Position numbers and translations under genes: made by a program. From Octopus vulgaris (Eukaryota), in the NCBI GenBank assembly GCA_951406725.2, contig OX597837.1, forward strand, positions 25,978,001-26,042,000: a stretch of 64,000 nucleotides of DNA, written 5' to 3'. The notes below the pieces were generated by a model. It did not search any database. It was not told where the DNA came from and worked only from the letters and a program-made list of their open reading frames with translations. How positions within the stretch are numbered: position 1 is the stretch's first letter; each line of letters begins with the position of its first letter. This document shows positions 37,373-48,695 of the stretch, piece by piece.

Positions 37373-38147
37373 CCCTTTAGCATTTAAACTGGCCATATCT
37401 TATTTCTTTATTGCCCACAAGGGGCTAAACATAGAGGGGACAAACAAGGACAGACAAAGGGATTAAGTCGATTACATTGACCCCAGTGAGTAACTGGTAC
37501 TTAATTTATTGACCCCGAAAGGATGAAAAGCAAAGTCGACCTCAGTGGCATAAGTCAGTTATATCAATCCCAGTGTTCAACTGGTACTTGTTTTATTGGC
37601 CCCAGTGTGCAACTGGTACTTATTTTATCAAACCCCCTAAAGGATGAAAGGCAAAGTCAACCTTGGCAGAATTTGGACTCAGAACGTGAAGACCGACTAA
37701 ATGCCATGAAGAATTTTTTCCAAAATGCTAACAATTCTTATTTCTTTATTGCCCACAAGGGGCCAAACATAGAGCGAACCAACAAGGACAGGCAAAGGGA
37801 TTAAGTCGATTACATTGACCCCAGTGCATAACTGGTACTAAATTTATTGACCCCCGAAAGGATGAAAAGCAAAGTCGACCTTGGTGGAATTTGAACTCAG
37901 AACATAGCGGCAGACGAAATACCGCTAAGCATTTCGCTCGGCGTGCTAACGTTTCTGCCAGCTTGCTGCCTTTGAAACTGGTCATGTTTGGCTCAAATAT
38001 TCTGTCTGTTTTATGCTCAAATTGGCCAGATCTGGTATCCAAGACCTACCCTACAATATCATTCTAAAACTAAACTATCATGATTAATTTTAAAAGAAGT
38101 GAATAAATAAGTATAACATTTTACAAAGTAATCTGAAAGCTAAAGGG
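37373..38147. mobile_element. piggyBac-like MITE carrying three nested family B units (37400-37970, minus), itself inside an older family B copy
   Basis: TTAA|CCCTTTAGC...GCTAAAGGG|TTAA; body matches 12307-12527 in reverse; the host B copy resumes at about 38155. Confidence 0.78.
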
Positions 38148-38206
38148 TTAAACGGGTTCTTTGGTTTTATTGACCCCTCAAAAGGATGAAAGGCAAAGTT
38201 GACATT

Positions 38207-38607
38207 GGCGCAGGAGTGGCTGTGTGGTAAGTAGCTTGCTAACCAATCACATGGTTCCGGGTTCAGTCCCACTGCGTGGCATCTTGGGCAAGTGTCTTCT
38301 ACTATAGCCTCGGGCCGACCAAAGCCTTGTGAGTGGATTTGGTAGACGGAAACTGAAAGAAGCCCGTCGTATATATATATATATATGTATGTGTGTGTAT
38401 ATGTTTGTCCCCCCCCCCCAACATTGCTTGACAACCAATGCTGGTGTGTTTACGTTCCCGTAACTTAGCGGTTCGACCTAAGAGACTGATAGAATAAGTA
38501 CTAAGCTTACAAAGAATAAGTCCTGGGGGGTCGATTTGCTTGACTAAAGGCGGTGCTCCAGCATGGCCACAGTCAAATGACTGAAACAAGTAAAAGAGTA
38601 AAGAGTA
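38207..38607 (+). mobile_element. SINE family A, full length
   Basis: Family A head, body and tail. Confidence 0.9.
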
Positions 38608-39043
38608 ACCTGTTCAGTCACAGCTGACCTGGGACTCAGAAGCTTCGTTTTTCACCTTTCCTAAGTTGATAAAATAAATACCAGCTTCGTACTGGGGGAG
38701 CCAATTTAATTGGTTAACACCATGCTCCCAAATTGAGACCGTTACTAAATTAGAAATCAATAATTAAAACAAATATTAATTTGTAAACCAACTCAGTAGA
38801 ATTGGTAAAATAGAAATGGTTTCAACCTGATAAGTCAAAAGTCTAATTACATTCTAATTAAAAGTTAATGACAAATACAAATGTAACGAGGTTGTATTAA
38901 TAAGAGAAATACTGTAAGATGTTTGTGAAGGTGTCCATAGCAGAAGCGGACTAGAGCAAGTTATTTTATTAATTACTTGTAGAATTATTGTCGCCATTTA
39001 ATGCCTCTCTTCCATGCTGGCATGGGTTGGACGGTATGAGAGG

Positions 39044-39509
39044 GCAGAAACGTTAGCACGCTGGGCGAAATGCTAGGCGGTATTTCATCTGCGTTACGTT
39101 GTGAGTTCAAATTCCGCCGAGGTCGACTTTGCCTTTCATCTGTTCGGGGTCGATAAATTAAGTACCAGTTATGTACTGGGGTCGATGTAATCGACTTAAT
39201 ACCTATGTCTTTCCTCGTTTGTCCCCTCTGTGTTTAGCCCCTCGTGGGTAATGAAGAAATAGGTATGAGAGGGTATAAGGCGGTGAGCTGGCAGAACCGC
39301 TAGCACGCTGGGCGAAATGCTGAACGGTATTTCGTCTGCCGCTAGGTTCTGAGTTCAAATTCTGCCAAGGTCGACTTTGCCTTTCATCCTTTTGGGGTCG
39401 ATTAAATAAGTACCAGTTGCGCACTGGGGTCGATGTAATCGACTTAATCCGTTTGTCTGTCCTTGTTTGTCCCTTCTGTGTTTAGCCCCTTGTGGGTAGT
39501 AAAGAAACA
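39044..39509 (+). mobile_element. Two family B SINEs inserted serially at one site within an old family C-like copy
   Basis: GGTATGAGAGGG occurs three times (about 39033, 39262, 39510). Confidence 0.88.
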
Positions 39510-39780
39510 GGTATGAGAGGGTCTAATGAGTTGCAGGATTGCATTAAGCTCCAATGCTGTAGTTTCTATAATTGGATGTCCTTCCTAATGCTAATCACTT
39601 CATAGCAGTTATGGTGTTGAGCGTCCACCAAAAATTATAGGATTTAGATTATGCTGAGATAAATAATGACTTAAAAATATATATGCAGGCAAAAAGTGAT
39701 ACAGCTGGTGTGAAATATGGTACTTAAAAAATAATTTGTAAAAACAAAATATTTTTGAGCATAATAATTTCCAAAGTATG

Positions 39781-40352
39781 GCGGTGAGCTGGCAGAAACG
39801 TTAGCATACCAGGCGAAATGCGTAGCCATATTCCGTCTGCCGTTATGTTCTGAGTTCAAATTCCACCAAGGTCAACTTTGCCTTTCATCCTTTCGAGGGG
39901 GTCGATTAAATAAGTACCAGTTATGCACTGGGGTCGATGTAATCGACTTAATCCGTTTGTCTGTCCTTGTTTGTTCTCTCTGTGTTTAGCCCCTGGTGGG
40001 TAATAAAGAAATAGGTATTTCGTCTGTCTTTATGTTCTGAGTTAAAATTCCGCCGAGGTTGACTTTGCCTTTCATCCTTTTGGGGTCGATTAAATAAGTA
40101 CCAGTTATGCACTGGGGTCGATACAATCGGCTTAATCCATTTGTCTGTCCTCTCTGTGTTTAGCCTCTTGTGGGTAGTAAAGAAATAGGTATTTCATCTG
40201 TTTTTATGTTCTGGGTTCAAATTCCGCCGAGGTTGACTTTGCCTTTCATCCTTTCGGGGTCGATAAATTAAATACCAGTTGTGTACTGCGGTCAATCTAA
40301 TCAACTGGCCCACCTCCGCAGAAATTTCGGGCCTTGTGCCTAGAGTAGAAAA
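39781..40352 (+). mobile_element. Family B tandem trimer
   Basis: Junctions AAAGAAATA|GGTATTTC at 40014 and 40188; outer TSD AATAATTTCCAAA. Confidence 0.88.
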
Positions 40353-40532
40353 CAATAATTTCCAAATTTGGTGGTTTGTACAACAATTAACAACTGCATC
40401 TTCTTTCAACCAAAGTTGTAATTCTCACTCTCCATCCCCAAATGCCGCTTAATATAACATCTTGCCCTTCAAATGACATTCCTAAAGTATGGCAGAACCA
40501 ACAAACAAAAAAAGTGACAAGTGACTTGACCA

Positions 40533-40900
40533 TCTCTATATATATAATTGGCTAAATGTCTGTCTGTGTGTGTATCCTTTATACAAATCCACAATTTTTC
40601 AGTTAGAGGGCTCGCACTTTCTATGGTCATTCAAAACCGTCCAAGGGTGGTCGTGCACATCTTTACATTTCCCCAGTCACCCCGCAAAGCCATAAAAAAA
40701 TAAATATAAGTGGCTTTTTTGTGAATTTTCTATCCAAAACCCAATCAAAATGCCTGAAACTTGATATGCCAATTGAATGCCAGCTAGCTGTATGTGATTG
40801 GTTGGAGATTTGGACAGTACTCGCGTGTATGTGCGCATGCATGCAGCTGTATATGCATGCACTAGAACTATGACCCGGTGTTGCCGGGTCATAGTGCTAG
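40533..40900 (+). mobile_element. Non-autonomous Helitron-like element
   Basis: A|TC 5' end, GTCT/GT microsatellite near the start, subterminal hairpin GACCCGG-TGTTG-CCGGGTC, CTAG|T 3' end, no TSD. Confidence 0.75.
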
Positions 40901-42037
40901 TTTGTATATATAGAGAATGTGCATTTAGTTTGAAGAATGCTTCTGACTGTATAGAGTATATGAGCAAAGGTACTCTAACCATGACCAACCTGTCTTATTG
41001 TATATCTAGGTTTATACTACATTGAGGGTGATTTGGTTGTTATTCCTAACAGATCAAGTTGACCATGTAGATGCTATCCCACTGGCTTCATGAGCTAAAT
41101 AGCTGCAAGTAAAGGTTAACAATAAATAATGAAATAGTATCATTAATTAGTTTAATTAATTTTGCTCTACGCTGGCCATTCACATTTTTCAGTCACAAGA
41201 CAACCAGGAGAGGAAGGAGTCATTCTCGAAACGTAAATAATCCTCTTCCTCCTCTTCTTCATTATTATTATTGTTATTATTGTCATCACCATCCTCCTCT
41301 TCATCACCACTGCCACCACCACTACTACTATTGCAGTGTTTTAACGTTCACTTTTACCTGCTAGTATGGGTTGGCAGCAGCTGCAGTATATTATACCAAC
41401 ATTCCTCTCAATTTCGCGTCATCTGTAAAACCCAACATTATAAACCTAAATTGAACCAATCCTATGACTGGCACCCAGCAGTTGCCAGTGCCAGTAATAT
41501 TTGTATCTCCTGTTTATATACGTTCGTGTAATTTGTTACATGCATATCACAACAGATGGATAAAGTGTCAATTCACTACAACTGTTTCCAACAAATTTTT
41601 AATTGATTAATGGAGATATTACCTCATTAGAAAAAAAAAAACAGAAGCATTTTCATTTCGTAAATACACGAACCACAACATTTAGAAACATTCAAAATTC
41701 AATGACATATGCACCTTTATGATTCTACAAGCCTTGCTGGTCATGGAATACAAGGTGCATTTCTTGGTTAGTGTAAGGGCTAATGGTGTACTCAGTCGGG
41801 TTCAATTAATCTTGTACATAACCTGAATAACTTTCTGCCTGTACTTCAGTACCTGCATTTGTATTTGTCTATCCTTGTTGTGTATGCATTTAAATTTTGA
41901 CCTGACCCGATGCCTTACCATTTAAATGCTTGGCTCATTTGAACCCTATTTTTTTGTACACACATATATACACACACGAGTTCTATTTTTCCTGTTTGGA
42001 TTACCAAATATACACACACACATGTATATATATGGAA

Positions 42038-42074
<37 letters not shown>

Positions 42075-42482
42075 GAGTGGGAGAGAGAGAGGAAAGGAAA
42101 GACACTGACTAGTCCAGACACACTCATTATATTTGGTCATTTAACAAAGGCTGGTATTTTAAAACCAGATTCAATAAGATATGATTAATTAACTAGTCAG
42201 TGAATATATTGAAATATTAACAGATAAGTATCAAACTCTTATCTTTCTCTCCAAGAAACAGCTGCCCCTCCCCTCCCCCCGATCCCCCTCCAGCACATCA
42301 ATAGTCTTCTATCCTCTTTCTCCTATCAGCTTATGAATAATTTCTAAGTCAAGATTCCCAAACCATTAAGATGTAATTGTCTGTCAGAATGGTTAAAATA
42401 ATGGAACTGAAAGTTTGTCTTTCATACGTGACTGACAAAATAGTGAAACTTTACAACAGTTAATACTACCATCCATCCATGA

Positions 42483-43449
42483 AGGCGGCGAGTTGGCAGA
42501 AACGTTAGCGTGCCAGGCGAAATGTTTGGAGGTATTTCGTCTGCCGCTACGTTCTGAGTTCAAATTCTGCCGAGGTCGACTTTGCCTTTCATCCTTTCGG
42601 GGTCGATAAATTAAGTACCAGTTACGCACTGGGGTCGATATAATCGACTTAATCCATTTGTCTGTCCTTGTTTGTCCCCTCTGTGTTTAGCCCCTTGTGG
42701 GTAGTAAAGAAATAGGTATTTCGTCTGCCATTACGTTCTGAGTTCAAATTCCGCCAAGGTCGACTTTCCCTTTCATCCTTTCGGGGTCGATTAAATAAGT
42801 ACCAGTTACGCACTGGGGTCGATATAATCGACTTAATCTGTTTGTCTGTTCTTGTTTGTCCCCTCTATGCTTAGCCCCTTGTGGGTAGTAAAGAAATAGG
42901 TATTTCGGCTGCCATTACGTTCTGAGTTCAAATTCCGCCGAGGTCAACTTTGCCTTTCATCCTTTCGGGCTCGATAAATTATGTACCAGTTATGCACTGG
43001 GGTCGATATAATCGACTTAATCCATTTGTCTGTTCTTGTTTGTCCCCTCTATGCTTAGCCCCTTGTGGGTAGTAAAGAAATAGGTATTTTGGCTGCCATT
43101 ACGTTCTGAGTTCAAATTCTGCCGAGGTCGACTTTGCCTTTCATCCTTTCGGGGTCAATTAAATAAGTACCAGTTACGCACTGGGGTCAATGTAATCGAC
43201 TTAATCCCTTTGTCTGTCCTTGTTTGTCCCCTCTATGCTTAGCCCCTTGTGGGTAATAAAGAAATAGGTATTTCGTCTGCCATTACGTTCTGAGTTCAAG
43301 TTCCGCCAAGGTCGACTTTGTCTTTCATCCTTTCGGGGTCAATTAAATAAGTACCAGTTACGCACTGGGGTCAATGTAATCGACTTAATCCCTTTGTCTG
43401 TCCTTGTTTGCTCCCTCTATGTTTGGCCCCTTGTGGGCAATAAAGAAAT
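42483..43449 (+). mobile_element. Family B tandem pentamer, 184-bp period
   Basis: GGTATTT at 42531, 42715, 42899, 43083 and 43267; followed by two older B copies to about 43845; ACCATCCATGA appears three times around the cluster. Confidence 0.92.
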
Positions 43450-43904
43450 AAGAATTGTTAGCATTTTGGACAAAATGCTTAATGCCATTTAGTTGGTCTT
43501 CATGTTCTGAGTCTAAATTCTGCCAAGGTTGTCTTTGCCTTTCATCCTTTAGGGGTTAATAAAATGAGTACCAGTTGAGCACTGGGCCAATAAAACAAGT
43601 ACCAGCTGAACACTGGGATTGATATAACTGACTTATGCCACTTCCACGAAATTGCTGGCCTTGTGCTAAAATTTGAAACCAAAATTACCATCCATGAAGG
43701 TGGTAGCTGGCAGAATGTAGTCTGTCTTCATGTTCTGAGTCCAAATTCTCCTAAGGTTGAATTGCCTTTCATCCTTTAGGGGTCGAAAAAAAAGTATCAG
43801 TTGTGTACTGTGAAATTACCGGCTTTGTGCAAAAATTTAAAACCATTACTACCATCCATGACACTCCCTCACATACAGGAAAGGTTAATACTAAGTTACC
43901 TTTA

Positions 43905-44310
43905 GTTACTCTTTTACTCTCTTTTACTTGTTTCAGTCATTTGACTGCGGCCATGCTGGAGCACCGCCTTTAGTCGAGCAAATCGACCCCGGGACTTATT
44001 CTTTGTAAACCCAGTACTTATTCTATCGGTCTCTTTTGCCGAACCGCTAAGTGACGGGGACGTATAAACACCAGCATCGGTTGTCAAGCAATGCTAGGGG
44101 AACAAACACAGACACACAAACACTTACACACACATACATACATACATATATACGACAGCCTTCTTTCAGTTTCCGTCTACCAAATCCACTCACAAGGCAT
44201 TGGTCGGCCCGGGGCTATAGCAGAAGACACTTGCCCAAGATGCCACGCAGTGGGACTGAACCCGGAACCATGTGGTTGGTTAGCAAGCTACTTACCACAC
44301 AGCCACTCCT
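43905..44310 (-). mobile_element. SINE family A, full length
   Basis: Family A head, body and tail. Confidence 0.9.
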
Positions 44311-44696
44311 GATAACCTCTGAAGCATTTCTCTGAAGAGATTTACCAATTTTTATAGATTGAGGATTTCATTTATGTTTCATTGTCTTCAGAAGAATTTA
44401 GAAAGAAAAAAAATCCTTTTCAAAAATATTTGAACTGAGAACAGCATGTTCTAAACTTGACACCAACAACTGTTGGTAAACAAAAAGAATGTCAAAGACA
44501 CATGTGTACTTATGTAAACTTTCACACCCCATAAGGAACCCAGGTTTTTGAAGTATGTAACATTTTCAAATGCATCTTCACTTTAGAGTATGTACTGCAC
44601 GGCTTATATATACACACACACAGACATGTATACACATGTACTTGTACATACACATGTACATACACATTTACTTATGTTACATGAGAGTAGTAGTAG

Positions 44697-45113
44697 TACT
44701 CTTTACTCTTTGTTTCAGTCATTTGACGGTGGCCATGCTGGAGCACCTCCTTTAGTCGAGCAAATCGACCCTAGGAATTATTCTTTGTAAGCCTAGTACT
44801 TATTCTATTGGTCTCTTTTGCTGAACTGCTAAGTTACGGGGATGTAAACACACCAGCATCGGTTGTCAAGCGATGTTGTGGGGGGACAAACAGACACACA
44901 AACATACACACACACACACACGCACACACACACACACATACATACACAAACAATGGGCTTCTTTCAGTTTCTGTCTACCAAATCCACTCCCAAGGCTTTG
45001 GTTGGCCTGAGGCTTTAGTAGAAGACACTTGCCCAAGGTGCCATGCAGTGGGACTGAACCCGGAACCATGTAGTTCATAAGCAAGCTACTTACCACACAG
45101 CCACTCCTACGCC
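44697..45113 (-). mobile_element. SINE family A, full length
   Basis: Family A head, body and tail. Confidence 0.88.
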
Positions 45114-45138
45114 TAATAATAATAATAATAATAATTAA

Positions 45139-45603
45139 TTCTTTTTTATTGGCCACAAGGGCTGACACACATGATTAGAAAACAAAGGGACAAAACAGGA
45201 CGAAAGGTTACAAAAGGTTTTGTCCATTTGTGAAAAAATCGTGTGAAAACAGTTTAACAACGAAAGATTGTAACAATTAAAAACTCCCAATAGGGGGAGG
45301 TGCTTTGAAAGGTTCCTGGTGGAAAAAAAAACCCCATAAAAGCCAATGGGAGCCTGGTCAAAAGCGGGGTAGAGAGCCCCTTTCTCCTTTTATATTACCT
45401 TTTTGAATCACAGGCGAAACCTGAGAACCGGTCCATTTATACTGGCCATTCTCGCACAATTCACCCACCTTTTAGAAAACTTGCTATCGGACAGCACTCT
45501 CCTCTCTAACCTCATCTTCCCTTTCAAGTGAAACTTGAAAAAGTTGATGAGGCTTTGACCAAAGAGGAAAGTATCTGACTTTAGCCCTTTCAAATAGGTC
45601 CAC
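45139..45603 (-). mobile_element. 5'-truncated LINE, probably L1/Tx1-like: ORF2 C-terminus plus 3' UTR
   Basis: WTYLKGLKSDTFLFGQSLINFFKFHLKGKMRLERRVLSDSKFSKRWVNCARM...stop; T-rich UTR ending AATAAAAAAGAA; CCT(AAT)n on both sides. The clade call rests on recalled W..R/F...W spacing only. Confidence 0.6.
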
Positions 45604-46247
45604 CTAATAATAATAATAATAATAATAATACATTTAAAGGGAATGTGTGAGTGTTCCTTGATGAAACCCCATCCGGAATTACTGTTTGTTTCTGTCTTCT
45701 TGTCCAGCTGCTTTTATACAGCTATACTCCCAGGGTCAAGGAATTTTAAACTCACATTTTACAACATAGAACTGACAAGGTTGTGGAACTCTGCAGTACT
45801 TTCACGGTTTTTAAACACGACCGAGTTGGTTTTTATTAGTCATCTTAGATATTTAGTGCTGTCTGGTTTGTTCCCATTGGTGACCTAAAAGAGAGATTCC
45901 CATTCTATAAACAAGAGGTTTTAGTTTTCTTCTTTTTTTTTTGCTGGTTTTTTTTTTTGTTTTTGTTTCTAGTTCTTCGTTAATTTACAACATTAAGACA
46001 CGACCATTAAATAAAGAAAATTGCAGAGAAGACATACTTTGGAATTGAAACTACAAGAAATATGCCTGTCTGTCTGTGGATATAAACATTGTTGCATGAC
46101 AGTTGACATAATTTGGAGAACAACATTTCTCAAGATCAGCTTAGAATTTATTCCTCCGTGAAATCGGTCAGGAATTTTCAGTGGAATCTTAAAATCACAA
46201 AAATGTGATGGGTAAAAAAGATACAAAAAAAAAAAAAATCACCTATA

Positions 46248-46385
46248 GGCATAGGAGTGGCTGTGTGGTAGTAGCTTGCTTACGAACCACATGGTTTTGG
46301 GTTCAGTCCCACTGCGTGGCACCTTGGGCAAGTGTCGGATTTGGTAGACAGAAAGTGAAAGAAGCCCGTCGTATATATGTCTATG

Positions 46386-46428
<43 letters not shown>

Positions 46429-46626
46429 TCATCATCATCATCATTTAGTGTCTGTTTTTCATGCTAGCATGGGTTGGACGGTTCAACTGGGGTCTGTGAA
46501 GCTGGAAGGCTTCATCAGGCCCAGTCAGATCTGGCAGTGTTTCTACGGCTGGATGCCCTTCCTAACGCCAACCACTCCGTGAGTGTAGTGGGTGCTTTTT
46601 ACGTGCCACCTGCACAGGTGCCAGAC

Positions 46627-46692
<66 letters not shown>

Positions 46693-46905
46693 ATATGTTT
46701 GTGTGTCTGTGTTTGTCCCCCAACATCGCTTGACAACCGATGCTGGTGTGTTTACATCCCCGTAACTTAGCGGTTCGGCAAAAGAGTCTGATAGAATAAG
46801 TACTGGGGCTTACAAAGAATAAGTCCTGGGGTCGATTTGCTCGACCAAAGGCGGTGCTCCAGCATGGCCACAGTCACACGACTGAAACAAATAAAAGAGT
46901 ACAAG
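46248..46905 (+). mobile_element. SINE family A with a family C fragment (46426-46627, minus) inserted in its (TA)n
   Basis: Family A halves flank CATCAT...GCACAGGTGCCAGAC. Confidence 0.85.
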
Positions 46906-46955
46906 AGTATAATTTTTATGGTTGTCATAAAATATTTTTCTTTTTTATTCATAAA

Positions 46956-47349
46956 CTAGCAGTATCGCCTGGCGTTGCTCGGGTTTGTAAGGGAAATAAC
47001 TATACAGCATTTTTAGAAGAGTTATAGCCAAAAAATAGCAAAAAATACATTAAAGATGGAAACAATATGATGGTAAATTTTTTTTTAAATCGTTGACTCA
47101 TCGTAGACATTTTTAGAGAGTTACTCCCCTTTAAAAAGATATGCATGAAAATGGAAAAAAATGATGGTAAATTATTTTTAAAATCGTAGACTCATCGTAG
47201 ATGCGCGCTAATACCCAGAAGGGCTCGATATGAATCACGACTATAAGATACCCGGTTCTGGTTAAACTGCACCGCAAAATGTTGGAGTAGTTAGGAATCT
47301 AAATCGAAGGGGACAGACACTCACACAACTACAGTTTTATATATAAAGA
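46956..47349 (-). mobile_element. Non-autonomous Helitron-like element
   Basis: Minus strand: A|TCTTTATATATAAAA...CCCGAGCAACGCCAGGCG (hairpin)...CTAG|T; internal ~65-bp duplication. Confidence 0.75.
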
Positions 47350-47397
47350 TTAGTAAACAGATTATTTTTATTTATACGGTTTATATTAGTCGAACTG

Positions 47398-48125
47398 GTG
47401 TCCTCATTCCACTACATTTTGGCTGTTGTATGCTCCAGTTTCTTCAGGTGTCTTGTGTTGAACTCAATTGCTGTATTGTTGTTTTGAACCTACTACTGCT
47501 CCTACTCCTCTGCTTCCGCTTGTCGGCGGGCTCCCTCTGCAATTTGTCGTCGTCGGCCGCACAATTCGGGGCAGCGCGGCCGTCACAACAGCGCTTCGCA
47601 ACAATGACGGTCTGGCATTACGGGAGATGGACGATCGAGCGGCGGTGGGACGCACGCGACATAATGCGGGCCTCGCGGCGAGCGCCGCCCTTTCCTGCAA
47701 ATCCCAACTCCCCACAGCGGACGGCGTTTTCGTGTCGTGACCGCCTCTCGAACGGACGGGGCCCTGGGACGATAGGATCCGGGGCCGCAATGTGCGTTTA
47801 TTTGATCTACAACTGTACACTTCTCTCATTCTGCTCTCTGCTTCCTGTGACATTTTTTGCTTCGGTTGAATTATGTGCACTGCTAGAAGTTCTGGGTTCA
47901 ATCCCTGGCAAGGCATTTAAGGGGAATTCACTTAATTCAACAGAAGCAAAAAAATGTCACGAAATGCAAAGATTGCGATGGGAACAGTGTATCCCCGTGG
48001 ATCAAATAAAGAGTCAGATTCAAAATTCTGATACAGCAACTGAGTTCAACAGAAGACATCTGAAGACTGCTGGAGTATACAACAACTGAAATGTAGTAAA
48101 ATCAACAATCAAAATGAGGACACAA
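47398..48125. mobile_element. Two diverged, oppositely oriented copies of a Penelope-like repeat with hammerhead-like motifs; one contains a CpG-rich segment
   Basis: Inverted matches 47398-47490 with 48015-48123 and 47847-47880 with 47929-47960; CTGAAGA...GAAA motif in the arms. Confidence 0.55.
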
Positions 48126-48133
48126 GTCAGACT

Positions 48134-48370
48134 CATCATCATCATCATTTAGTGTCCGCTTTCCATGCTAGCATGGGTTGGACGGTTCAACTGGGGTCTG
48201 GGAAGCCAGAAGGCTGCACCAGGCCCAGTCTGATCTGGCAATGTTTCTACAGCTGGATGCCCTTCCTAACGCCAACCACTCTGTGAGTGTAGTGGGTGCT
48301 TTTTACTTGCCACCGACACAGGTGCCAGATGATGCTGGCAAACGGCCACGGTCGGATGGTGTTTTTTATG
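48134..48370 (-). mobile_element. Family C retroposon, 5'-truncated
   Basis: Family C tail and body. Confidence 0.82.
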
Positions 48371-48374
48371 TGAG

Positions 48375-48695
48375 GGTGAAGACAACCTCTGGTTATAAAT
48401 GACCATGGGATTGCACCTAGGCATAAGTCTGAGCAAGGATGTTTTATGGGAGACCAGCAGTCGCCCATGTATACCAGCCTAACCTCTCTACACCACCAAT
48501 GTTATCCAAGGGAAAGGCAAAGGCCAATACAGCTCAGCACCAGTGAAGCCACGACTCATTCCTACAGCTGAGTGAACTGGAGTAACGTGAAATGAAATGT
48601 CTTGCTCAAGAACACAACACACAGCCTGGTCCAGGAATCAAACTCACTACCTCATGATTGTAAGCCTGACACAGTAACCACTGAGCCATGCACCT
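48375..48695 (-). mobile_element. tRNA/CORE-type SINE, family E, diverged
   Basis: Matches 49281-49612. Confidence 0.8.

Noticed and set aside
47430-48089. 219-aa and 150-aa ORFs in the GC-rich island
   Set aside because: No recognisable domain; open frames on both strands are expected at this GC content, and they cross repeat boundaries.
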